A stretch of 64,000 bases of DNA from a virus (lineage: Duplodnaviria; Caudoviricetes): the IMG/VR virus record IMGVR_UViG_3300044878_000205, positions 1 to 64,000 of that record; one strand, given 5' to 3'. How positions within the stretch are numbered: position 1 is the stretch's first letter; each line of letters starts with the position of its first letter. The notes beneath the pieces were generated by a model. The model saw only the letters and a program-made list of their open reading frames with translations. It was not told the DNA's origin and did not search any database. Both the position numbers and the translations under genes were made by a program. Below are positions 10,075-19,459 of the stretch, one piece after another.

Positions 10075-11184
10075 ATGGACGAGCTGAACAAAGTCACCCT
10101 GAGCGTGGGTGGGCATGACTATGCCGGTTGGAAAAGCGTCAGTGTCGGCGCCGGTCTGGAACGCCAAGCGCGCGATTTTAGCCTGGGCATTACCTGGCGC
10201 TGGCCAGGCAGTGCCGAGGTGCCGGTGCGCATTCGCCAGGGCGAAGCGGTGGAGTTGCGCATTGGCCAGGATCTGCTGTTGACCGGTTATGTGTTCAGCA
10301 CGCCGATTCGTTACGACGACGAGTCGGTGACCTTGAGCATTAGCGGGCGCTCGCGCACGGCGGACCTGGTGGACTGCGCCGCGGTCAATCAGCCAGGACA
10401 ATGGCGCGGGCAGAGCGTGCAAACGATCATCGCGGCGATTGCCGGCGAATACGGGATCAAGGTGGTCAACGATGCCGCGGTGACCTTGGGCCTGGAGGAC
10501 CACACGCTGGAGCCGGGTGAGACGGCGTTTGAAAGCATCGACCGGCTGTTGACCCTGTCGCGGTTGTTCAGCACCGACGACGGCCAGGGCCGTCTGGTGA
10601 TTGCCCGCGCCGGCAGTGCCGGGCGTGCGGTCGACACTTTGGCGTTGGGTAAAAATCTGTTGTCCGGCGACACCGCCCTGGACTTTTCCGCCGTGTTTTC
10701 CGAGTACGTCAGCAAGGGCCAGCGCAGTGGCAGCGATGCCAGTTTTGGTGCCGCGGCCAGCGAGGTTGAAGCGCGCCTGAGCGATGAGCGCATCGCCCGG
10801 CGGCGGGTGAAGGTCATCCAGCAATCCGGCCAACTCACCCCCTCGCTGGCTCGCGAGCGGGTCGAATGGGAGCGGGCCAGTGCGGTCGGCAAGGCCTTGA
10901 CCGTGAACTATGTGGTGCAGGGTTGGCGGCAAAGCAACGGCGCGCTGTGGCGGCACAACATGCTGGTGCGGGTGATCGATCCGTTGATCGGCCTGGACCG
11001 CGACATGCTGATCAGTGAAATCAGTTACGAACTGAGCGAGCAGGGGACCACGGCGAAAATCAGCGTGGCCCCGCCGGAGGCTTTCCTACCGGAGCCGAAC
11101 GACGCGTTGGCCAAACGGAAGCTCAAGAAAGGCAAGAAGAGCGACAACTTCGAGTACCTCATTCCAGCGGACTACAAACCATGA
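10075..11184 (+). CDS. Mu gpP-like baseplate hub
   Basis: GWKSVSV, GRSRTADLVDC and VQGWRQSNGALW motifs. Confidence 0.9.
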   Translation: MDELNKVTLSVGGHDYAGWKSVSVGAGLERQARDFSLGITWRWPGSAEVPVRIRQGEAVELRIGQDLLLTGYVFSTPIRYDDESVTLSISGRSRTADLVDCAAVNQPGQWRGQSVQTIIAAIAGEYGIKVVNDAAVTLGLEDHTLEPGETAFESIDRLLTLSRLFSTDDGQGRLVIARAGSAGRAVDTLALGKNLLSGDTALDFSAVFSEYVSKGQRSGSDASFGAAASEVEARLSDERIARRRVKVIQQSGQLTPSLARERVEWERASAVGKALTVNYVVQGWRQSNGALWRHNMLVRVIDPLIGLDRDMLISEISYELSEQGTTAKISVAPPEAFLPEPNDALAKRKLKKGKKSDNFEYLIPADYKP

Positions 11185-11684
11185 GAAACATTTTGGCGCG
11201 CGGCCTGGTGGCCCTGGGCAACTCGGCGAGCAAGTTGCAAAGCTTGCAGCTGCGGCTGTTGGCCGGTGAGGTCAAGGATAACGTGGAACACTTGGAGCCC
11301 TATGGCTTCACGGCCAGCCCCCTGGAGGGGGCCGAGGCGCTGGCCGGGTTCATCGGCGGCGACCGCAGCCACGCGGTGGTGATCGTGGTCGCGGATCGGC
11401 GATTTCGCCTGCAGGGCCTCAAGCCGGGCGAGGTGGCGTTGTACACCGACGAAGGCGATTGCATTCATTTCAAACGCGGCCGGGTCATCGACATCGACAC
11501 CGTGACCCTCAACATCAAGGCCACGGACTCGGTGAACTTTGATACGCCGCTGATCACCAGTAGCGGGCGCATCGAGTCGGCCGGCGATCAGATCGCGGCC
11601 GGGGTCAGCCAAATCAATCACCCGCATGACGGGGTGAAACAAGGCACCGACCAAAGCGGCCCGCCGGTCGGGGGTGGCGCATGA
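11181..11684 (+). CDS. Baseplate spike (Mu gp45 / P2 gpV-like)
   Basis: EPYGFT, GEVALY and C-terminal HxH iron-binding motif. Confidence 0.9.
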   Translation: MRNILARGLVALGNSASKLQSLQLRLLAGEVKDNVEHLEPYGFTASPLEGAEALAGFIGGDRSHAVVIVVADRRFRLQGLKPGEVALYTDEGDCIHFKRGRVIDIDTVTLNIKATDSVNFDTPLITSSGRIESAGDQIAAGVSQINHPHDGVKQGTDQSGPPVGGGA

Positions 11685-12067
11685 CCCGTGAGGAGTTGTT
11701 GCGCCGCGCGGTGACCATCAGCCTGTTCACCTGGCGCCGCGCCGGGCCGGATGACGTGGTGGACGACAGCGACCTCAAAGGCTGGTGGGGCGACTGCGTG
11801 CCGTCGGTGGCCGGTGACAAGATCGGCTCGCGGCTGTGGTTGTTGGCGCGGCGCACGCTGGTCGCGCAGACGCTGCAGGACGCCCAGGCTTACGCCGAAG
11901 AGGCGCTGGCCTGGCTACTCGAGGACGCGATTGTCACGGCCGTGGCGGTCGCGGTCGAGCGCCAGGGCAATGACCGGCTGAACCTGCGGGTGACGCTGAC
12001 CGAGGCCAGCGGCGAAACGCTGGCACTGAATTTTGCAGACACCTGGGAGCTGATCAATGGCGTATGA
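11681..12067 (+). CDS. Mu gp46-like baseplate protein
   Basis: ISLFT, GWWGD, GSRLWLL and AEEALAWL motifs. Confidence 0.9.
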   Translation: MTREELLRRAVTISLFTWRRAGPDDVVDDSDLKGWWGDCVPSVAGDKIGSRLWLLARRTLVAQTLQDAQAYAEEALAWLLEDAIVTAVAVAVERQGNDRLNLRVTLTEASGETLALNFADTWELINGV

Positions 12068-13100
12068 GATTCCGACGCTACCGGCGCTGATCCAGCGCAC
12101 CGAGGCTGATTTCGAACGCAATGCCCCGGACGCCTTGCGCCGAGCCGATGCCAAGGTGGCGGCGCGGGCGCTAAGCGGTACCGCCTATGAGCTGTACGGC
12201 TATCAAGACTGGATCGCCCGCCAGTCCAATCCGGCGACGTGCGATGAAGCCATGTTGCTTCGCTGGGCCGAATGGCGCCTGGAGGGCGGGCGCAACCCGG
12301 CGGTGGCGGCCACTGGAGTGGTTACGGTCAGCGGTTCAACGGGCGCCCTGGTCGATGCCGGCCAGCTCTACCAATCGGAGGACGGGCGGCGCTATGAGGT
12401 GCTGCACGCCGTAACGCTGGTGAATGGCGCGGCCACCTTGCAAGTGATGGCCGAAGCGGTGGGCGGCCTGGGCAACCTCGAGGCCGGCAATCTGACGGCG
12501 GTGACGCCGGTGTTGGGGGTGAATGCCACGGCGGTGATTGGCGCCGATGGCATCGTCGGCGGTACCGAGCAAGAGACACTGGAGGCGCTGCGTGCGCGGG
12601 TGCAGGCGGCCTTCAAAAACCCCAGCAAGGTCGGCAACGGTGCCGATTTTATCGAGTGGGCCTTGGAGGTGCCGGGTGTCACCCGGGCCTGGGCCCTCCA
12701 GCGCTGGATGGGGCCTGGCACGTTTGGCCTGGCGTTCGTGCGCGATGGTGATCCCGACATCATCCCCACGCCGACGCAGGTCGCCGAAGTGCAAGCCCAT
12801 CTGGACAAAAAACGGCCGGTGACGTCCGAGGTGTATGCCTTGGCTCCGGCGAAGCGCCTGCTGAATTTCAGCCTGCACTTGACCCCTGACAGCACGGCGT
12901 TGCGCGCGGCCGTCGAGCAGGCGTTGTCCGGTCTGATCGTGGATGAAGGCGGCCCCGGCGAAACGCTGCTGCTGACCCATGTGCGGGCCGTGATCAGCAA
13001 CACCCCGGGGGAAACCAACCATGTGTTGAGTGCGCCGGTGGCGGATGTGGTGATGGCGGCTAACGAAGTGGCGGTGCCGGGGGTGTTCACATGGCTTTAA
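12057..13100 (+). CDS. Baseplate J / Mu gp47-like wedge protein
   Basis: WALEVPGVTRAW...GPGT motif. Confidence 0.92.
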   Translation: MAYEIPTLPALIQRTEADFERNAPDALRRADAKVAARALSGTAYELYGYQDWIARQSNPATCDEAMLLRWAEWRLEGGRNPAVAATGVVTVSGSTGALVDAGQLYQSEDGRRYEVLHAVTLVNGAATLQVMAEAVGGLGNLEAGNLTAVTPVLGVNATAVIGADGIVGGTEQETLEALRARVQAAFKNPSKVGNGADFIEWALEVPGVTRAWALQRWMGPGTFGLAFVRDGDPDIIPTPTQVAEVQAHLDKKRPVTSEVYALAPAKRLLNFSLHLTPDSTALRAAVEQALSGLIVDEGGPGETLLLTHVRAVISNTPGETNHVLSAPVADVVMAANEVAVPGVFTWL

Positions 13101-13735
13101 CCGAGGCGGATTACCGGCAGCAGCTGGGCCAGCTGCTGCCGCCAGGCCCGGCGTTTGATCTGGAGTTGCAGCCGGACTGGGCGCAGATCGTGGCAGCCCT
13201 GGCCCCGGAGCTGGCCCGGGTCGATGACAACGGCGAGGCGCTGCTGCTGGAGATGAACCCGGCCACGGCCACGGTGTTGCTGCCGTATTGGGAGGGCTAT
13301 CTGGGCCTGCCCGATGTATGCACGGTGCCCGGTTCGCAAACCCTGGAGGAGCGCCGCCAAGCGGTGATCGACAAGCTGACCGCGACCGGTGCGCCGCAAC
13401 TGAGCTATTACCGCAAGCTGGCCACTCAGCTGGGTATCACCATGGAGATTGAAGAATTCCGCCCAGCTCGGGTGGGCGTAGCTAAGGTCGGCGATTTTCT
13501 CTATGGGGCCGGCTGGCCCTGGAGTTGGATCGCCTCAGTACCCATTGACGCCTATGGCACGCCCGAGGCGGCCGCGCTGGATTGTCGGCTGCGGCGCGAC
13601 GCGCCGGAGTACACCGATGTGGAGCTGGGCTTTGGTCACGAGGTTGTCGCGGGCATTACGTCGAAAGTGGATCAACTGTTCAACGCCATTCATTACGTGG
13701 TGCCGGGCGCTGTGGCCGGCATCGAGGACCTATAG
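13091..13735 (+). CDS. YmfQ / Mu gp48-like baseplate protein
   Basis: LLPPGPA and LPYWE.YLGLPD motifs. Confidence 0.88.
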   Translation: MALTEADYRQQLGQLLPPGPAFDLELQPDWAQIVAALAPELARVDDNGEALLLEMNPATATVLLPYWEGYLGLPDVCTVPGSQTLEERRQAVIDKLTATGAPQLSYYRKLATQLGITMEIEEFRPARVGVAKVGDFLYGAGWPWSWIASVPIDAYGTPEAAALDCRLRRDAPEYTDVELGFGHEVVAGITSKVDQLFNAIHYVVPGAVAGIEDL

Positions 13736-13736
13736 C

Positions 13737-14516
13737 ATGCAGAGAATTTCCAGCTGGACCGATTTGGTCGCCGCCCTGGGCCTTTTTCGTTACGGCACCG
13801 TAACGGGCGGGGTCGCACCCACACCGCTCAAGGCGGAATGGCTGAACATGGTGCAGGAAGAGTTGGCCAATTTTATCCTGGCTTACTTGCCCGCGCTGGA
13901 CGTCAATGACAACACGCAGCTGCTCAAGGCCATTCAGGCCTTTGGGTCAAGCTACCCCCTGAAGGCCACCACCTTGGCCGGCTACGGCATTTCGAATGCG
14001 TACACCAAGCTGGAGACTGATGGGCTGCTGTCGCAGAAAGCCAACAACGCCACCACCTTGGCCGGGTACGGCATCCTTAATGCCTATACCAAGCCGGAGA
14101 CTGATTGGCTGTTGTCGCAGAAAGCCAACTGGGCGATCACCTTGGCGGGCTATGGCATTGGCGATGCGTATACCAAGACAGTGATCGACGCCGCGTTGGC
14201 TACCAAGCAAGACAAAAACACCGCGGTGATGGCGCCCGTGGGATGGCGCCTGGATAAAGCCACTGGGTTTCTGGAACAGTGGGGCAATGGCTATTGCCCG
14301 CCGGATACCACCACCGCACCAATCGACTTTCCGACGCCCTTTGCCGAGGTTTACAACTGCTTCGGAAACAAGATCACCACCAACGCGGTGGACAGTGACG
14401 GCAACTCCGCCGGGGCTTTTTCGACCAGCGCGACGCAGTATCAGTTGTTCAACGATACGAATCTCATTGGGGTCACCGTGCATTGGCGCGCAATTGGCAA
14501 GGCCCCTGGGTACTAA
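13737..14516 (+). CDS. Short tail fibre with ~27-aa TLAGYGI.NAYTK repeats (copy 1)
   Basis: ATG at 13737 right after the YmfQ stop; AEWLNMVQEEL anchor; three repeats; LEQWG...FPTPF C-domain. Confidence 0.85.
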   Translation: MQRISSWTDLVAALGLFRYGTVTGGVAPTPLKAEWLNMVQEELANFILAYLPALDVNDNTQLLKAIQAFGSSYPLKATTLAGYGISNAYTKLETDGLLSQKANNATTLAGYGILNAYTKPETDWLLSQKANWAITLAGYGIGDAYTKTVIDAALATKQDKNTAVMAPVGWRLDKATGFLEQWGNGYCPPDTTTAPIDFPTPFAEVYNCFGNKITTNAVDSDGNSAGAFSTSATQYQLFNDTNLIGVTVHWRAIGKAPGY

Positions 14517-14590
14517 CCCGGACAGGCCCGGTCACCCCTCACACAGCCCCGGCCCGCACAGCGGGTTTTTTTACGTCTGGAGAAACATGC

Positions 14591-16393
14591 ATGACCGAGA
14601 TTTCCGCGCTAGAAGCCTACGCAGGCCAGATATCGGAAGCGGCGCAGCTTTCGACTGCGGCAGCAGAACTACAGCACCGCTTTGTCCATGGTGGCGTGGA
14701 TGAGGTCATCCAGACCGAATCTGGCCCGCTGCCGTCGCTGGCCAAGTGGCGCCAGGATTTAGCGCTGCTGGAGACGCTGCTGGCCGACCCGAACGATCCG
14801 AGTAAGGGGGTAGGGAAAATTCCCTCGGCGATTCGCACCGTCGGCACGGTGGCTGAGATGGTGGCCATGTCCGGGTGGGTGGCTGGGCAGCGCGTGCAAA
14901 CCTTGGGGTACTACGCCTTGGGTGATGGCGGGGCTAACGTGTACACGGTGGTCGCCAAGGGGGCGTCAGTCGTGGATGGCGGGCGCTTCATCGCCACCTC
15001 GAATGCCGGGCTATTGTTTCGCGGCGAGTTTATCAATGGCGAAGTCCGGGTCAAGCAGTTCGGTGCTGCCTTCAACGTTGCGGTGAATGACACCTTACCG
15101 TTTGCATTGGCCACGTTGTTTGCCCGCACGCGGGGGTATTGCCCGGTAAAACTGGAACCGGCCACGATCCTGATCGACCCGTGGACGCCGGGCAACAAGG
15201 ATGTGTTGGAAGGGGCTGGGCGAGGTCGCAGTTTCATCAAGGGCACCGCGGGCACTCACGTCTTAAAGCTCAGCAGTAAAGCCGTGGGGGTCGTCACCGA
15301 TCGTTTAGACCCATGTAAAGACGTCAAGTTGCGGGATTTCACCGTCCTCGCCGACAACGCCGATTTTGGCATCTACGTGAACTTCGGGTTATTCCTCGAC
15401 CTGGATCGGATTACCGTGTGGAACGCCAAGGTGTGCAACGTGTTTATTGCGTACTGCTTTGGCTGTGACTTCGGCGATCTGACGTACGAGTACGGAAAAG
15501 GCACGGGGCTCGAGTTCGGCAACAACCGGTTTGGCTGGCCCAATATCGTGGGCGAATCCCCGGTGTTGAACCACGGCAACTGTATCCGGCGGGCGCGTGG
15601 ATACAGTAATGGCCTGGGCTTGGTCGCCAGACCCGCCACCGTCAGCGGCGCTATTGATGGGGCCGGTTCGGTGTGGGGCCCGGGTTTCGTCAATGATATC
15701 GGCCTGGTCTACAACGAACTCAATAATGGGACTGGGGTTGTGGTGCTGCCCGGAATGGGCTACACGCTGGCGATGGTGTACAACGAGAAAAACGACAACT
15801 TAGCACTGCCGGCGGACACTCGCACTGAGGTGTATGCCAACAGCAGTGAGGCGTCTATTGGTGACGTGTTTACCGAATACGGTGGCAATCATGCTGTCTG
15901 GAACGCCAACGTGCTCTGTATCAACAACCACCGTGGGGTACAACTCAACGGCCCCGGCTTCGTCAAGATCACCGGGCTGTACAAGGGCACCTACGCCACC
16001 AATCCCCGCCTAGTTCCGCTGCTGATCTTCTCCGCCAAGGGCAACAAGTTGGAACTTACTAACAGCTTTACTTTGCCGGCCAACTTGCCGCCTGAATCTT
16101 CCCGGCAGTATGAGCGCAGCGGCGCCTACCGCATGTACCCGGAGGTCACCATTGAGGATGCGGCGACGCTGACAGCGGGCCCGAACATCCGCATCTACAA
16201 AAAGTCGGATGGGACGTCGGTCTACAATGGCACTCTCTTGATGACAGGCGCGCAGACAGCGGGCACGCGGGTAAAGCTGCCGGCCTTGGACTTTTTATGG
16301 GACCCGGCGGAAACCTATCGAATTCAGTTTTATGGGTTGGATGGTTACGCCGGCCGGGTCGGCATTAGTCTGTATGTCGAGGTGATGGTCTGA
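14591..16393 (+). CDS. Tailspike / receptor-binding protein, putative beta-helix depolymerase (copy 1, 600 aa)
   Basis: GGAG RBS; N-terminal ~68 aa shared with 52569..54947; GYY..GDGG and VKQFGA motifs; G/N-rich core. Confidence 0.75.
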   Translation: MTEISALEAYAGQISEAAQLSTAAAELQHRFVHGGVDEVIQTESGPLPSLAKWRQDLALLETLLADPNDPSKGVGKIPSAIRTVGTVAEMVAMSGWVAGQRVQTLGYYALGDGGANVYTVVAKGASVVDGGRFIATSNAGLLFRGEFINGEVRVKQFGAAFNVAVNDTLPFALATLFARTRGYCPVKLEPATILIDPWTPGNKDVLEGAGRGRSFIKGTAGTHVLKLSSKAVGVVTDRLDPCKDVKLRDFTVLADNADFGIYVNFGLFLDLDRITVWNAKVCNVFIAYCFGCDFGDLTYEYGKGTGLEFGNNRFGWPNIVGESPVLNHGNCIRRARGYSNGLGLVARPATVSGAIDGAGSVWGPGFVNDIGLVYNELNNGTGVVVLPGMGYTLAMVYNEKNDNLALPADTRTEVYANSSEASIGDVFTEYGGNHAVWNANVLCINNHRGVQLNGPGFVKITGLYKGTYATNPRLVPLLIFSAKGNKLELTNSFTLPANLPPESSRQYERSGAYRMYPEVTIEDAATLTAGPNIRIYKKSDGTSVYNGTLLMTGAQTAGTRVKLPALDFLWDPAETYRIQFYGLDGYAGRVGISLYVEVMV

Positions 16394-16547
16394 CGCCAGT
16401 GAAGGCCTATGGCGGGGCGCCCCGCCACACCTCCCAGGCGGCTCGCTGAGTTTAAAATACCCTTAAAGTTAGGCGTGTATGCAGCAGCAAAGCCGGTTCG
16501 GTTAGTGTAAAGTTGCCACACTTAATTGAACTGGCTGAGGGGTACTT

Positions 16548-17693
16548 ATGCAGGATGCAAAACGGTTTCGGGCGCTCGATAGTTTTAGGGGACTCTTTGC
16601 GCTATCCGTGGTTATTTATCATATGGATATTGTCGGGACCTTCACAGACTTAGCGTTTTTTCGACATGCCGATTTATTTGTGGAGTTCTTTTTTGTCTTG
16701 AGCGGGTTTGTCATGGCACATGCTTATGGCAAAAAAGAACGCGTGGATTTTCGGCGGTTTGTGATTGCTCGGACGTTCAGACTGTTGCCGCTGCACTGGC
16801 TAATGCTGGCAGTCTTTATAGTGTTAGAAGTCTGCAAGTCAATTGCTTATAGCAAAGGTATTTCGTTTAACTATGAGCCTTTCACCGGCGCCGCTGCACC
16901 GTCTGAAATCCTCCCGAATGCCCTGTTGCTTCAGTCGTGGACCAGCTTGACCGACCCGTTGTCGTTTAACTATCCGTCCTGGAGCATCAGCGTCGAATAT
17001 TACATGTACATGATTTTTCTGGCGGTCTTAGCGGTCGGGCTCAAGCAAAGGGTGTTGGTCTGGGCGGCCATAGCGGCATTGGCCTTTGTGGCCTTAACCT
17101 CGGATGTTGATATCCTGACGCCGAGCGCACTGCGCGGCTTGTCATGCTTCTTTGCGGGCGCGTTGTCCTATGTGCTGTATCGTTATATCAGCGACAAAGT
17201 GTCTTGCAGCTTTAAAGTACTTACGTGTTTAGAGCTGCTGTCGTTGCTGTTGGTTGTCCTGCTGCTGTCGTTTAACTTTGACAGCAAGGTGCTACTGGCC
17301 AGCCTGCTGTTCTGTTTGGTGGTGGTGGTGTACGCGTTCGATGGGGGCGCCGTGTCCAAAGCACTAGATACCCGCTGGTTTTCCTTGGTCGGCAAAGTCT
17401 CCTATTCAGTTTACCTCACGCATGCCGCAGTGTGGTTTTGCACCCTTTCCGGGTTCATCGTTATGCAAAAGGTCTTCGGTATTGAGCTGGCGCCGATGAT
17501 TGATGACAAGCGCTACATTGATACAGGCAACCTGCTTTTAAATAATGTTCTGGCGGTGTCTGTGTTATTGATTGTTATTGGTGTTTCTGTCGTAACGTAC
17601 AAGTACGTCGAAGTGTGGGGCCAGAGCATCGGCTCACGCATCATTAATAGAGGATCGAAGTTTAGCGCGATGCCGGAGATTGGCCGTCCATAA
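16548..17693 (+). CDS. Acyltransferase-3 (OafA/YrhL-like) membrane O-acyltransferase, moron
   Basis: LDSFRG..A..V..YH, VEFFFVLSGF, WSISVE and G.VSYSVYL.H motifs; many TM segments; AT-richer than flanks. Confidence 0.9.
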   Translation: MQDAKRFRALDSFRGLFALSVVIYHMDIVGTFTDLAFFRHADLFVEFFFVLSGFVMAHAYGKKERVDFRRFVIARTFRLLPLHWLMLAVFIVLEVCKSIAYSKGISFNYEPFTGAAAPSEILPNALLLQSWTSLTDPLSFNYPSWSISVEYYMYMIFLAVLAVGLKQRVLVWAAIAALAFVALTSDVDILTPSALRGLSCFFAGALSYVLYRYISDKVSCSFKVLTCLELLSLLLVVLLLSFNFDSKVLLASLLFCLVVVVYAFDGGAVSKALDTRWFSLVGKVSYSVYLTHAAVWFCTLSGFIVMQKVFGIELAPMIDDKRYIDTGNLLLNNVLAVSVLLIVIGVSVVTYKYVEVWGQSIGSRIINRGSKFSAMPEIGRP

Positions 17694-18055
17694 AATTCCG
17701 GAAATGGCGGTTGGATCTGATACGACCGCCATTTTACTTTTAGTAGCTACCGTCGTTTTTGCCGGAGGCGAACCTTATCCCAGCTTTTGTCGTTGTAAAA
17801 CGAGCCAGTATCACCGCGAATTAAGAACAAGGTCGCTCTGTAAAAGGATGTCCGGCGAGTGCATCGCAACTCTCTCAGCTTGAGATAAGCCCATTTCCAG
17901 CTGCGCTTAGGTGTGTGTTCCATACATATCCCTGAACCAAAGTCGTAAGTTTACTGATTGTATCAGCCCGAACTGATGTCAGGCTCCGATTGGATGCCTC
18001 GATTTCAACCTACGAGCCCGCCATGCGCGGGCTTTCTTTCGCCCGGAGAAAAGTA

Positions 18056-18481
18056 ATGACTGATACATCGAAAGACCGTGACGTCCTCGCCCGCACCTTA
18101 TGGGGCGAGGCCCGGGGCGAGAGCCAAGCCGGCATGGAGGCGTGTGCCTGGACCATCCGTAACCGGGTATTTGATGGCAAGGCCAAGTCCTGGTGGGGCG
18201 AGGGCTATGCCGGGGTGTGTCAGCAGCCCTGGCAGTTCAGCTGCTGGAACGCCAACGATCCCAACTCGCCGTACCTCAAGGGGGCCAAGCCGATCCCGGC
18301 CGGCGAATACAAGAAGGCGTTGGCGGTGGCCACCGCGGTGATCAATGGCACGGTGCCGGACCCCACCGGCGGCGCCACGCACTACTACGCGACCACCATG
18401 CCCAAGGCCCCAACGTGGTCCAAGGGCGCCACGCTGACGCTCAAGCTCGGCCAGCACCGGTTCTATAAGGACGTGCCGTGA
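18056..18481 (+). CDS. Endolysin, SleB/Hydrolase_2 family (copy 1)
   Basis: ARTLWGEARGE, QFSCWN, DPTGGATHYY and HRFY motifs. Confidence 0.92.
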   Translation: MTDTSKDRDVLARTLWGEARGESQAGMEACAWTIRNRVFDGKAKSWWGEGYAGVCQQPWQFSCWNANDPNSPYLKGAKPIPAGEYKKALAVATAVINGTVPDPTGGATHYYATTMPKAPTWSKGATLTLKLGQHRFYKDVP

Positions 18482-19047
18482 GTCCCGCGGCGCTGAAAGG
18501 CGCGTTGCTCGGTGGGCTGCTGCTGGTGCTGCTGACCGCCGCCGGCGTGTGGCAGGTGCAGGACTGGCGTTATGGTCAGCAGCTGGCCATGCAGGCCGGG
18601 AGGCATCAGGACGATCTGACGGCCCTGGGCAATGCCGCCGCGGCTCAGGTCCGCACCGTTCAAGCCCGGCGTCTGGCCCTCGAGCAGCGCCTGGCGACCC
18701 TCGATCAATCCCACCATAAGGAACTGTCCGATGCGCACACCCTGCAGGCTCGCCTGCGTGACCGTCTGGCTACTGCTGATCTGCGGCTGTCAGTCCTCCT
18801 CGCCGCACCTGCAGGTGGTGGCGACCGAGTGTCAACCACCCCCGGCGCCGGCGGCGTGGTTCATGGAGGCGCGCGCGGCGAACTTGACCCAGCGGCTGCT
18901 CAACGAATTGTCGCCATCACCGGCGCCGGCGATGACGGACTGATCGCCCTGGCCGCGTGTCAGGCCTATGTGCGTGAGGTCAGCACGGCGACCGGGCCGG
19001 AGCCAACAGGCCCGGACACTTCGCCCCGGTGGCGGGGTGGCGGGTAA
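18478..19047 (+). CDS. i-spanin (Rz-like), copy 1
   Basis: N-terminal TM, coiled coil and L.ACQAYV motif; follows lysin. Confidence 0.88.
   Translation: MSPAALKGALLGGLLLVLLTAAGVWQVQDWRYGQQLAMQAGRHQDDLTALGNAAAAQVRTVQARRLALEQRLATLDQSHHKELSDAHTLQARLRDRLATADLRLSVLLAAPAGGGDRVSTTPGAGGVVHGGARGELDPAAAQRIVAITGAGDDGLIALAACQAYVREVSTATGPEPTGPDTSPRWRGGG
18731..18943 (+). CDS. Embedded o-spanin (Rz1-like lipoprotein), copy 1
   Basis: +1 frame inside Rz; signal peptide with lipobox-like LICGC; Pro-rich CQPPPAP; conserved in copy 2. Confidence 0.82.
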   Translation: MRTPCRLACVTVWLLLICGCQSSSPHLQVVATECQPPPAPAAWFMEARAANLTQRLLNELSPSPAPAMTD

Positions 19048-19247
19048 CGAAACGTTTTGATTTGCGGGAGGTTTGGCGACTACTATCAGCGGGCGCCGGG
19101 TGGGACGATGGTGTCTTTTGGAGCGTTGCGCTCCAGTCCCGCGGAAAATATTAAACAGTATTGATGTTAAATACACGGCGCTTTTGCTATGCTTTTGCCG
19201 TCTGGCACGAAAGCCAGGGAAGAATTAGAACTAAAACAAGGGCTTAG

Positions 19248-19325
19248 AAAAAAGAAAACCCCAGGCCTGCAAGCCTAGGGTTTTCGGTGATCGATCCGCT
19301 AAACAAACTCTGGATGACCGTCGCA
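19248..19325 (-). ncRNA. Predicted counter-transcribed copy-control antisense RNA (copy 1)
   Basis: Minus-strand TTGCGC(19360-19355)-N17-TAAACT(19337-19332) promoter; terminator hairpin 19254-19285 plus U-run; sits in the rep leader. Ends are approximate. Confidence 0.7.
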
Positions 19326-19381
19326 GGTCGGAGTTTAGTGGACGGTCCCCTTCTGCGCAAGCCCGTTGCTGGGGAGCAACC

Positions 19382-19459
19382 ATGCTGCATTTCGACCGTT
19401 TGCCGCGGCTACACCCGCGGTCCGACCGCACCACTCGCCTCGCAAGGGGCGCGCTATGA
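19382..19459 (+). CDS. Rep leader peptide (Tap-like, 25 aa: MLHFDRLPRLHPRSDRTTRLARGAL)
   Basis: GGAG RBS; TGA overlaps rep ATG (ATGA); frame preserved across a 21-nt length difference in copy 2. Confidence 0.75.
   Translation: MLHFDRLPRLHPRSDRTTRLARGAL

Noticed and set aside
13737-16393. Diversity-generating retroelement or invertible tail-fibre switch
   Set aside because: No reverse transcriptase, template/variable repeat pair, invertase or inverted fibre fragments; the short repeats are coding fibre repeats.
17680-18000. 67-aa ORF or gene remnant after the acyltransferase
   Set aside because: TTG start inside the upstream gene, no motif and no counterpart in copy 2.
4361-19047. R-type tailocin cluster
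   Set aside because: Capsid, portal, terminase and replication genes are present and intact.
19145-19172. Additional dif-like site (TGATGTTAAAT resembles a XerD arm)
   Set aside because: The left arm AAAATATTAAA is not XerC-like; better explained as promoter/operator sequence.
19202-19218. Sigma54 promoter (TGGCACG)
   Set aside because: No TTGC at the -12 position; it reads as a small CTGGC/GCCAG hairpin in the rep leader.
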